The position numbers and the translations under genes are program-made. Shown here piece after piece: positions 38,685 to 49,270 of a DNA stretch of 64,000 nucleotides. The notes below the pieces were generated by a model. That model searched no databases. It was given only the letters and a program-made list of their open reading frames with translations, and was not told the origin of the DNA. This stretch comes from Daphnia carinata (Eukaryota). The stretch's first letter is position 1, and every line of letters starts with the position of its first letter. Where the stretch lies: positions 9,238,001 to 9,302,000 of the forward strand of contig NC_081331.1 of NCBI RefSeq assembly GCF_022539665.2. The letters run 5' to 3'.

Positions 38685-41223
38685 ACGTTACTTTATTTGT
38701 CTTCAAATCCCAATACAATGGACTCGTCCATTATACTATTATTCGAAATAATAAAAATCTGGTTTACTCGAAGTTTATTTGGTTTCTATTCATTAATTGC
38801 TAATGCCAAACTAGTTATCACAATACGCACACAATAATTTTACTGCAATTAGCTAACAAGGTGATTGATGCCATGAGTTTTGTTAATTTAATGTTAATTA
38901 ATTAGCTTTAGTTAAGGACTTGAGGTTAGTCAGAAGCATTATGTTAAGGTTTCACGATCTGCGGAGAACAGTAAAATCTCCTGTTCAATCAATCGTCTCT
39001 AGTGTACGTTGTCAACACTAGATGGCCTACAATTTCCACACAACAAACAGCTGTTTGCAACAGATAGATGCAGAGCTAGCTATTGTTAATCAAATCGTTT
39101 CGCGACAGAAAAACATTGCACTTGGCGTTAAGTCGGGCATCGCATACAGGATGCTTACAGTTTGACGACGTGGTGGTGGTAGCTGTCATAGCTATCGTAC
39201 ATATTAGGTAAGTCCAAAAATTCCTTTCACTTGGGACTTGCTTCGTTGTCAAAGTCAATGACAGCTGTTATTTCCTTCATGTGACGACGTCTTGATTGGC
39301 ACCTGTCACATGGTTTTGAATAGTTAAAAAAAAAACGCAATTCTACGCCGAATTTTGGCATGAGATTTGAACAATTTGAGGTGTTCGGGGTTCCGCCTCT
39401 TATTTCGTAACGTTTTCTCTGCATCGGCTCAATGTCTATACCTTGATTTTGTGCCTCGGATAGAGATGACAAAAATTTTATCTAAAGGTCTCCATAGGAA
39501 CTCGGTTATCGTATATTGTATACCGTAACCATAAAGGTGAGTCGGCCACCTTAGATAAAACTGAAAGGTTATTGAAATTCTAAATTCCTACATCTTTTGA
39601 AATAAAGGGGAAGTACTTTAGCCAGGTCGCAAACAGAACGTACAGTAGTTGAGTACCGGTTCAACATTTTTTATGATAAGCGTAATATATTATCGAGGAG
39701 GAGTAACATAATTGTCATAAATTTATTTTAGACGAAGAAAAAAGGTAGAGGAGAGGGAGGGAGAATGGGGTTCTAGAGAAAAAGCGGGCAGATTATTACA
39801 AAATTCCAACTATCACAACAAGACATTTTAATCACTAGCAAATAGAGTGTAAACGACAATCTTCAAAGTAAATTAATATAGGTACATCCGTATAGAGTTG
39901 TGCAGATGAGCTCAACGTTACTTCTTAATTATTCTCTTAGAAACTCGCGTAACCCAACTTCTTCCATCTTCTGTTTTAAATTCAATTGGTATTTTGTAGG
40001 GAATTTAAAAAAATCGAAATAGTCTAGCATGAGAAAAAGAGACACAAAAACAAGGAAAAAAAAATAACAATGACTAGGTTTTTTTTTCATAGTATTTCAT
40101 TTGTTATTTTTTCTTTTGTTTTCATTATACATTCATATTTTTTCTTCGATCAGTCAGATCCGGTTTTATGTTTTCGTTGGAGCCCTGATGGCATCCTCGT
40201 GAAAGTCAAATCCCAACTTGCGCACCAATTACGGCACAAATTTGAAAGCATACGACCTTAAGCGCACGCAGCTACACCTGAATTTTCTATAAGGTTATCC
40301 AGATTGAGTGCTTGCATTCTCCTTGAAAACGACAACGCATTCAACCGATACATTCTGAATGTGTATTTATTGTTTTTTTGCAACGAAAGTCGTGCTCGAA
40401 ATTCATGCGTCGGAAACGGGTCCGCCTATTGGTCCAAATTACTGATTTAAACGTTTATTACGTGATATCGAAAATGCTAAAATTGGGATGGGCCAAAGCC
40501 ACAAATTTAGAAAGTGCGGAAATAAACTTTGGATGAAGTGCCTCGTTTTATTATTGTTTTTGGTATTACTGTTTATTCTGAGTGGTCATAAAAAAAACTT
40601 CCGGGTTACCTTGTTCTTCACCAACCAGATGTAGAAACCCGATTTCGAAGTACCTGTAATTTTGGGCGTATAACTACGATATTGAAAGATCCAAGGTCTC
40701 GAAAACCGTACACTTTCTCTCAACCGTTCTTTGCATTCCCACATGTCTGTCGGGTATATATGCAACGGCGAGTGGTCACTAGAAATTATTGCGGGTCTGC
40801 GTCGCGGGAGCCAGTTGATAACGAACAGCGGACCCGCTAGGTTGTTTCATCCCGTCTCTTGCTGTTTTGTTGTTGTTTTTTTTTATCCTGATAGTTGCTT
40901 AGAAGACTCTCGTGGACTACTCTTTCAGTGGAAAGTCTCCTGCTTTGCAGCTCGTATCCTATCACTCTTAGCAATACGTAAGAAAGTTATCGGGTAGGTT
41001 GTGCAGAGCCAAGTATGCCAAGTGAAAGGCAAAACCATTACCGAGAGCCGATCTTTTTATAATGATACTCCCTATTTCTTTGAAGTTTACTTTCTATTTT
41101 TACCTCATTTCTTTATTTTAACAGCGGCGGTTGGGTTGAATTGTTATGTGAACAGAAATTTAACTTTATTTGTGACAACTCAATTATCTTTCACTTTTTT
41201 AATTGCCGTAGCAAGGGAAAAAA

Positions 41224-43804
41224 ATGGATGTAGCCCAACTGGAACAAAAACTGAAAGAACATGGACAAGAACACCTGCTGCAGTTCTGGCCGAGTTTGAA
41301 TGAAGAGGAGCGACAGCAATTGTTCCATCAGCTTAATGAGTATAAACGCCTCTATTCATGGAATAGATTGTATAAACTAATTTTAAATTTTTTGTGAAAT
41401 GCAGTATTAACATGGAAGAAGTAATCGAATTCTTTCGCCATACGATTGCGTCAGCCAACGAGGAAGAAGAAAAACTAGACGAACATCTGCAGCCAATTCC
41501 ACCTGAATTACATGGTGCAGTGACGCGGACTAGCCCCGAACTTTTACGACATTACGAACACCTTGGTAATCATTGATAAACGTTTATATGCATTCTTCAT
41601 CAGACACTTTCCTATTGTTATGCATATGTTATTTTTCTCTTTCCCATTTTGCTGCAGCCATGGAACAAATTGGCCAAGGTCGCGTTGCTGCTCTGCTTCT
41701 TGCCGGTGGACAAGGGACACGTTTAGGTGTAGATTACCCTAAAGGTATGTTCAATGTCGGCTGTCCATCTGGGAAAACACTCTACCAATTACAAGCTGAA
41801 AGACTATTGCGGCTGCAGCAATTAACCGAAGAGCGGACCGGCCTGAAAGGAGCTATTCCCTGGTATTTAATGACTGTGTTATGAACAATGGGAACATTCA
41901 CTGTGCCTGAAGCTGCAATTATTTTAATTGGTGTTTATCGTTTTTAGGTACATAATGACAAGTGAGCATACAAAGGAGCCGACCCTAGAATTCTTTCGCC
42001 GTCACGACTACTTTGGATTAAAAGAAGAGAATCTAGTTGTGTTCGAGCAAGGAATGCTACCTTGTTTTACATTGGACGGCAAGATCATCCTGGAAACAAA
42101 GTCGCGCATCGCCAAAGCTCCCGGTCGGTGACTTGAAACATTTCAAGCTAGTCGTACGTTATCTCTGATCAAACAAGGAAAAATGAATGCGTTTTTTGTT
42201 CTCTCTTGTGATAAGATGGCAATGGAGGGCTATACAGAGCCTTGCGTGATCGCCGAATCCTTGATGACATGGAAAGGCGACAAATTCAATACCTCCATGT
42301 TTACTGTGTCGACAACATTTTGGTCAAGATGGCTGATCCTACTTTCATTGGATTTTGCCTAAGCAAAGGCGCGGACTGCGCTGCCAAAGTGGTCGAAAAA
42401 GCCTTTCCCACCGAAGCTGTCGGTGTCGTATGCAAAGTTCATGGACATTATAAAGTAATGTAGAAATAATTTTCTTTTTTCTGACCCATTTCGTGTGAAT
42501 GGCTTTCTAATTGTTTTTTCTTGTGCGTGTTTTGGTGGATCTAGGTAGTTGAATACAGTGAAATCACTCTACCTACGGCTCAGAAACGGAACGCTGATGG
42601 GCGGCTTACATTCAGTGCTGGAAATATTTGCAATCATTTCTTCACAACGCAATTCCTTCGCAAGGTTATTAGGTTGGTTTTGAAATCCTTGATATTTTTA
42701 TTTATAATCAAAGGATGAATCATAACTGGTTCCGATATTTTTCAAGTGGCCAAGAGGGAATGCTACAGCACCATATTGCTAAAAAGAAAATTGCATATGT
42801 CGATTCAACTGGCAAGATTTGCAAGCCGGATAAACCCAACGGGATAAAAATGGAAAAATTTGTTTTTGACGTGTTTCAATTTGCAACGTAAGCATCTAAT
42901 TTCCCAGATTTTTTCAAATCTTCTTTTTTATTGTAACTGCAATTGATTTGCAGGAATTTTGTCGTGTGGGAAGTATTGCGAGAGGATGAATTTAGTCCTC
43001 TGAAAAACAGCGATCAAAGCGGTGACAAGGATACCCCAACTACGGCCCGATTAGCGCTTTACTCGCTCCATCAACGCCAAGTTTTAGCAGCTGGTGGTAT
43101 TTTCGTTGACGACGAAGGCATGCGATTGCCACTGATTCCCAGGTACGAATCTAAATGATAGCGCGTCAAAGCATGCATTTTTAAGCATTTGCTAGAAGTG
43201 ATGTAGTCATGACAATCTATCTAACGTTGTACGTTGTCCTTATTTTCTTTTTTTTTGTGGATTGTTTTGCACGTTCATTCAACTAATTTTTTTGTTTTAT
43301 TAGTTAGAATAGCATGTCATTGTTTTAAACTCTTTAAGTGCTTGATTGCATAGTGTAAGCATGCTTTTCTTTACCAAGTTGTCCTTTTTTAAACGCGTAA
43401 AACGCATTCATTATTTTTGGCTTGACCTGTTCGCATGCTACAAACAGCGCCATACCCGCTGTCCCAGGCCAAGAAACAATATCCAAAAACGAGACAAACA
43501 ACAATGAAATGTAAGTGTTTCTGCTTGAAAATAGTAAACAGTTATACTGCTCGCTATTCTCTACAGCACGAATAATATTTCTGTATGATGTCCTTTATTT
43601 TTAGGGAGATATTAACTTCCGTTTGTTTGTTTATTTCTCACTAGCCAAAAAACATGTTCTAGACGGGAAGAACCACTGATTTGCGAGATATCACCGCTGG
43701 TTTCGTACAATGGCGAAGGTCTGGAAGCGCTGGTAAAGGGCAAGAAATTTCGACCACCATTGCTCTTATCCAGCCCATCCGAGTCCAATGGCATCAAATA
43801 TTAA
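41224..43804 (+). CDS. UAP1: UDP-N-acetylglucosamine pyrophosphorylase (mummy/UAP1)
   Basis: [114 protein letters not shown]; stop at 43802-43804. Confidence 0.97.
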
Positions 43805-44423
43805 ATTTTACGTCGCATTAGCATTTCAAGAGCGCTCATAGATATCATCAAAATTATGCTCGACATTGGATTTTTTTTTCTGAGTTATGTTTGAGCAATC
43901 AGGTTTATTCTGTGCACACTGTACATCTATCAACTTCCAGTTGGCTCGCCTTAACTAACAGATCGACCGGGACCAAACCATTAGCAATTAAAGTGTTTTC
44001 ACAATTCAAGAATCACCAGCAGTCTTGTCCGACCAGTCGATTTCGGTTATTGTATGGATGCCAGTAAGCATGAAAACCAATAAATTGTATTTTTTTGGCT
44101 TAGTTAGGATTTAAATGGAGCATTGTTCAAAATTTCAAAATAACCTTTAAAAAAATTATTGTTTCGATTTTTATGCTTTTTTTCTTTTTAAAATTCATTT
44201 GGCAAACATTCGTAATTTAAAAGACAAAGATGATCATCGCCTTCAAACCAAATTCGCCAAATACGAATTCTTGGTTACTCACGCTACAACATTAAACTAA
44301 GTTGGAATTTAAAAAGTTTTGTCTTTTATTCGGAAACGGGAACACATGTCATAAGAAATTTCCGCGTAATCTGGAGCAGTAGCGACGGTAGAGTGCGGAA
44401 TTTTTGTGGTATATTCGTATATT

Positions 44424-45016
44424 TAGGGCTCGGCCCCGATCGTCTATGATCGGTGCAAACCGCGGTTTTTCATTTAAAAATCGTCAAACCGTCGGTTCGG
44501 TTTGGCCATTTTTGACTGCGGTTTGGTTTTCGGTTTGCAACTGGGCAAAACCGGTATGAACCGCCATTAAATATTTTTCTTTGAAATTTTGCTGAAATTC
44601 CAAATCAAGTAATTATCACTAATTGTTTTAAGCGTAATGGCGGTCAGCAACTTGTTATGAATCAAATTTCCGATCACACTTGAAGGCATCGCGATCGAAA
44701 ATTGGTCGATCTTCCCGCCATCTAGCGACAAAATCTGTTACTGATTTTTTGTTCAATGCAAACCGTAAATCGGCGGTGCAAACCGTAAATCGGCGGTGCA
44801 AACCGTAAATCGGCGGTGCAAACCGTAAAACCGCGTTGCAAACCGTGTTAAACCGCAGTTTACACCGCGGGTACAAACTGCGGGTACAAGCCGTCAAACC
44901 GCGGTGCAATCTGTTTGAAAAAAACGGCAAACCGAACCGCACCGGTTTGTCCTTTTAAAAAAAAAACCGCGCGGGTCGGCCAAAATCGTGCCCGATCGTT
45001 GCGGGGCCGAGCCCTA
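44424..45016. mobile_element. Non-autonomous hAT-type MITE (593 bp)
   Basis: Perfect 15-bp TIRs TAGGGCTCGGCCCCG (44424-44438) and CGGGGCCGAGCCCTA (45002-45016). The 8-bp TSD CGTATATT is at 44416-44423 and is reconstituted on the right after removing the second element. Many subterminal AAACCG/CGGTTT motifs. Confidence 0.88.
44757..44846. repeat. 20-bp tandem repeat TGCAAACCGTAAATCGGCGG (3 perfect plus about 2 degenerate copies) inside the hAT MITE
   Basis: Seen directly; units are contiguous with no spacers. Confidence 0.9.
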
Positions 45017-45020
45017 CGTA

Positions 45021-45730
45021 CAGTATCCTCCAGAAAAAAGAGGCACCCCCCTGGTCGCTGAAAATAAAATAATATATTACTAGCGCTAGATGGCATTTAA
45101 TTTTTGCAACATATAAACAAAAAAAGCATGCGTTTTTTTTGTTTGTTTGTTTTGACGGCAAAATTCCAGACGGTTTGCCGATTTCCGATGTTTTTTTGTA
45201 ATTTTGCTTCGAGCAAAATAAAAAAAACGAAAATTTGAGAAGTCTGGAGAAAGGCACACATTGTCTGAATCGTAACCTTTTCCCAACCTCACTTTTTTTT
45301 CAAAATTTTCCTTTGTCGTATTTCTACCCTCAGGAAATATTAGGAAAACTTATTGGCTAAAGGCGATTTTAGAATGCAGACAATATTATTTTAGGTTTTT
45401 TTCAATGAATCTAAATTAGAATTAAACAGGAGTTTTCCATCCAATTTAAGTTCAAATCTATCGATTACAAAAAAAAACGAAATACTAAATCTTATTTCGT
45501 TCGCACTTAACTTAAATAATAGTCTTCTTAAAAATTTTTGTTCTAATTTAGATTCATTTAAAAAAAAAACCGCGCGTGGTCGGCCAAAATCGTGCCCGAT
45601 CGTCGCTGGAATTTTGGCCGCATGCTTTTTTTGTTTATATGTTGCAAAAATTAAATGCCATCTAGCGCTAGTAATATATTATTTTATTTTCAGCGACCAG
45701 GGGGGTGCCTCTTTTTTCTGGAGGATACTG
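45021..45730. mobile_element. Non-autonomous Tc1/mariner-type MITE (710 bp) with about 112-bp TIRs and TA TSD
   Basis: 45021-45132 (CAGTATCCTCCAGAAAAAAGAGGCACCCCCCTGG...GCATGCG) is the reverse complement of 45619-45730. Flanked by TA at 45019-45020 and 45731-45732. CAGT termini; no transposase. Confidence 0.88.
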
Positions 45731-46207
45731 TATATTGTTCTATTTGGAAAAGCTGCGTTGCTTGCAGTGTCCGCTTGGTGGCCAGTGTTACCCATTGGCG
45801 GATTCTTCTGCCAGTACTCATCCGTCATCATTTTTATAGATATTATTTACTAATTTTTGAAAATTAATCGAATGTAAACGATGAACTAGAATTTTAAAAA
45901 TGTGATACTTCAATTTTAACAATCATGTAGAACAAGATTGAAAGTAATGTGTTACAAGGGGATATGTGAATGGGTCACACCGACTTCCCGCCACATTTGA
46001 ACGAAACGTTAGGTTTAAGTAAACTGAGCTAATATCAGAAAAACAAGTTCTGACATCTGAAAGGATCTATACTACATCAGAAGCTCATTCACTTCTAAAA
46101 TTGCTGAGGCAAACATCCAGAGCAAGAACCCGAGCCAGATTACACGACAACGCAAACATCTGAAAAATTCAAAAACTCAAATTCAAAGATCTTTCAGCAA
46201 ATCCACT

Positions 46208-47149
46208 ATGGCTAAAAACCAGTTTCAACTTCTCCAAGGTTCCAGCATTTTTGAAAAAGACAATATATTCAAACGTAGTGCAAACATCCATGTATTACTC
46301 GCTGTAATGCAACTTGCAACGTTTGGCGCCATTCGCCTACTATACGACTACGTACTTGACGACATAGGAAGGACGAACTTTGATGCCACGGCCAAATATT
46401 GCTATTCAATCCCGCCGATGATATCGGTGGTACCGTTTCTCGTATATTATTGGGGACAAGTAGTAACCAGAATAATAGAAATGAGAAAATTTATTCCGAC
46501 GACTGAAGGCCTACCAGATTTATTGAAAAGAACTTTAAAAAAAGATATCCCTCAACGCAAGGAAATGTGTGCAGCAGTTGCTCGCCTAATTTTTTTGATG
46601 TGGTTCCAATATTGTCGCGATTTGGGCCATTGTCAACAGCATGATATGGATTTGACCTACGTTCTAGATGAATTAGGTCTGTCTGACGTACAAGAGCAAG
46701 TTCCAAAGAAATTGCCCGAGTTTAAGTCCCCAGCAATAGATGCCTACAACCGAATAAATGACATCATAGATTACGCGAAAAGCGCTTCCCTTTTCACTAC
46801 CGAGAAAGACGCTAACAGGTTTCAAGATGCCTTATATAACCTGAAGAAAAGCTGTGAACTAGCATTGAAATATTCAAAGGAAACAATTATTCCAGAAGAC
46901 CTGTTTTCGGGTTGTAATTATTTTATCCAAACGTTTCTTTGGCTATCAGTTTTAGGGTATCGTAGTAAATCCTTAAACTGTTACGTACCGTCCCCCAACT
47001 GGATAACTTATTGTGTGTTTTCTCTCATTTTTAACATCAAACGCACGAATTCGGATTGGTTTTATTTGGTTAGATTTGACATTAAAACATCTTTTCTGAA
47101 TGAAAAACGAAAGTTTGAAGAAATTTTGAATATTTCCTTACGGCGTTAG
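46208..47149 (+). CDS. Intronless, highly divergent bestrophin-like membrane protein (313 aa)
   Basis: IRLLYDYVLDDIGRTNFDATAKYCYSIPPMISVVPFLVYYWGQVVTR aligns without gaps to the bestrophin segment [47 protein letters not shown] (recalled human BEST1). LYNLKKSCELALKYSKETIIP...IQTFLWLSVLGYR aligns to [20 protein letters not shown]...VYSFFLTCLVGRQ. Four hydrophobic segments fall in bestrophin spacing. Confidence 0.72.
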   Translation: MAKNQFQLLQGSSIFEKDNIFKRSANIHVLLAVMQLATFGAIRLLYDYVLDDIGRTNFDATAKYCYSIPPMISVVPFLVYYWGQVVTRIIEMRKFIPTTEGLPDLLKRTLKKDIPQRKEMCAAVARLIFLMWFQYCRDLGHCQQHDMDLTYVLDELGLSDVQEQVPKKLPEFKSPAIDAYNRINDIIDYAKSASLFTTEKDANRFQDALYNLKKSCELALKYSKETIIPEDLFSGCNYFIQTFLWLSVLGYRSKSLNCYVPSPNWITYCVFSLIFNIKRTNSDWFYLVRFDIKTSFLNEKRKFEEILNISLRR

Positions 47150-47269
47150 ATTGTTTTGGTGGCAGGAAAAACAGGACAGCATTACGTGTTTTAGTTTCAC
47201 TGAAAATGATCTTTTAGGAATGAAAGATCATAAAGTTAGGAAACACGAATCAAAATTTCATCCAGAATT

Positions 47270-47545
47270 CTGATTTTCTTTTTCTGATGCTGTTTGCTTT
47301 TCCTGTACTACCAACCACTCGGAACCCGTATTGACATTCAACAAGAAACGAACCGGAATTAATCATCAGAACAGTCCAATCACCACAAGAAGAAGGAACA
47401 CTAAGCATGACCAGGAAATAGAAAGGCAGTCAGCTTCACCGTTTACTGATAGTCGTCCTTCATGTAAGAATAACGGAAACATGCAAATCGTTCATTCTAC
47501 GGTAACCGACAACGGAATCGACGTTGAAATGCTCGACGAGTGACG
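47270..47545 (+). pseudogene. Frameshifted 5' fragment paralogous to the 1-1782 gene
   Basis: FLFLMLFAF / ..EPELIIRTVQSPQEEG / HDQEI..DSRPSCKNNGNMQIVHSTVTDNGIDVEMLDE* versus FLFWMLHAF..NESGCVTTITQVPEREG..HNQEI..DCPPSCNNPENMKLHHSMATDNGIENYVEMLEE in the 1-1782 gene. The match needs about 3 frameshifts and ends at TGA 47541-47543. Confidence 0.75.
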
Positions 47546-48439
47546 ATGCTGATCTGCAAAGAACTAAAAGACTACGTAAAGAATATACCAACACAACTTT
47601 TCGTGAATTATAACCAAACAATCTAATTAATCCGTTTAGACGATTTACACTGATGTCCCTAAGATGCAAGGAATCCGAAGCAATGCTCTGCCTTTAACAA
47701 GTGGTCTCTTTAATTTGTAAAGATGTATGGAAGTGTAAAGTCGAAGCGATATGGTCTGAAGATTTTTCGCCGTCGTCTTCTCTACTCCCTACCTTTTGAC
47801 CGTTACGGGGGCCACGTCGAGGCGAATCGAGTATCAAGCTGCGCAAAACGCAATTTTGATGACTCGAACGTCTCGTTAATGTTGAGAAGAGTGTTGCAGA
47901 GGTTGTTCTGTTTGTTGAAGAATGCCAGTATTTTGTATATGAACGGGTTAAATTTTGATTATGGCTGAGATAGTGACAAAAAATGGAGGCTTTTGTTGAA
48001 AAAATGAAAGAATAAAATAATTGATACGGAAAATAAACGCGTATAAAACTTAAAATTCAGATATCGTCCTACTTTTAATTGGTAATCTAAAGAGCACATT
48101 TTCTTCAGTTAAGAAAAAATCAACTTCATTATATCTGAGTACAGGTGTGCCATATAATCCACTGTTATAGAAGTCAAATAAAAAGTAGAGAAGAGTGGGG
48201 CCAATTAAAAAAACGGGGCAATTGAAATAAAAAACCTAGCTCTCGATGTAAAAGAGATATTGCTTTGGAAATAAATGTATAGTAGGAATGGTGGCCATTA
48301 ATTTTTAGAAAATATATCGAATTGACTATTCTTGCAGCATTTTTAAATATAAAAAAATATAGAATATTTAGATAAAATTGAAAAAAACGAGTTATGGTAC
48401 AGTGATTAAAATATTATTGCAAGGGATCACACTCCTTTA

Positions 48440-49270
48440 CAAGCATCGTGACCGAGGATGCTCATGCGAAGGGCTTAAACTCGCAGACCGACAGGTCTTA
48501 CTATGAGGTTCAATCCAGATTTTAGATAATACAAAGAGGGAGATCAGTTCAGCACGAGTTCCGAAAATGCACGACTGCATAAGAGGACGCGCCAAACCCA
48601 TACAGCGCTTTATGGATTTACCGGCTTCCACCAGCTTTCACGCATTTCGGGGTGGAGTACTTCGGACCGCTTACAGTATCGGTAGGGAGATAAGTCGAGA
48701 AGAGGTATGTTTGCCTGTTTACCTGTCTGGTGATTCAGGCAATGCACTCTAAACGCAGAATAGTTCCTGATGAAGTTCCGCAGATTTGTCAGCAGTAGAG
48801 GAAATCCGAATAACAGTTTTAGTGATTATGGGACAAATGAGGTGGACGGCGAAACGCGTGATTAGGGAGGCCCTAGTAAACATTGAGCGAAAAGGAAAGA
48901 TTTTCGGTAAGTTGGTCGACTAGAAGGTAAAATGGTTTTTCAATTCACCTTCAACCCCACATTCGGTGGTGTACGGGAAAGACTAGTCCGGTTAGAAAAG
49001 ACAAAGACGGCCCTAAAAGTAGTTCTGGGCACACAGGCAGTGCGACATGAGGTACTAAATTTGACGCTGAGAGAAGTAGATTCCATGTTGAACGCCTGTC
49101 TGCTGACGCACTTACGATGGCCCCCAGCAAACGGGGACCCCTTAACTCTCAATCGGCTTCTACTCAGTCGACCACATCTTCACACTACGCCACTACTGTT
49201 CGACGACACACGCGGACTATCGCGTCGCAGGTGGCTTAGACTTCAAAAATCATCACAGCAGTTTTGGCTA
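48440..49270 (+). mobile_element. Degenerate BEL/Pao LTR-retrotransposon integrase fragment
   Basis: Across frameshifts and stops: DAH..YEVQSRF*II..CHDC..RAKP..MDLP (Zn-binding region), FTHFGVEYFGPLTV..KRYVCLFTCLV..AMH, SFLMKFRRFVSSRG..SDYGTN, FGGVRERLV..KTALKVVLG..EVDSMLNA..LT..PLTLNRLLLSRP..RRW..QQFW. These match the BEL/Pao integrase core and downstream domain. No LTRs seen. Confidence 0.88.

Noticed and set aside
38700..41200. ORFs between EXOC3 and UAP1
   Set aside because: No recognisable protein features; more likely UTR, promoter and 5' non-coding exon sequence of UAP1.
44757..44846. 20-bp repeats as a CRISPR array
   Set aside because: Units are contiguous with no unique spacers, lie inside a eukaryotic MITE, and no cas genes are present.
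44860..45867. Near-identical ORFs on opposite strands (MPSSASNILFYFQRPGG...)
   Set aside because: They are chance translations of the two 112-bp TIRs of the second MITE.
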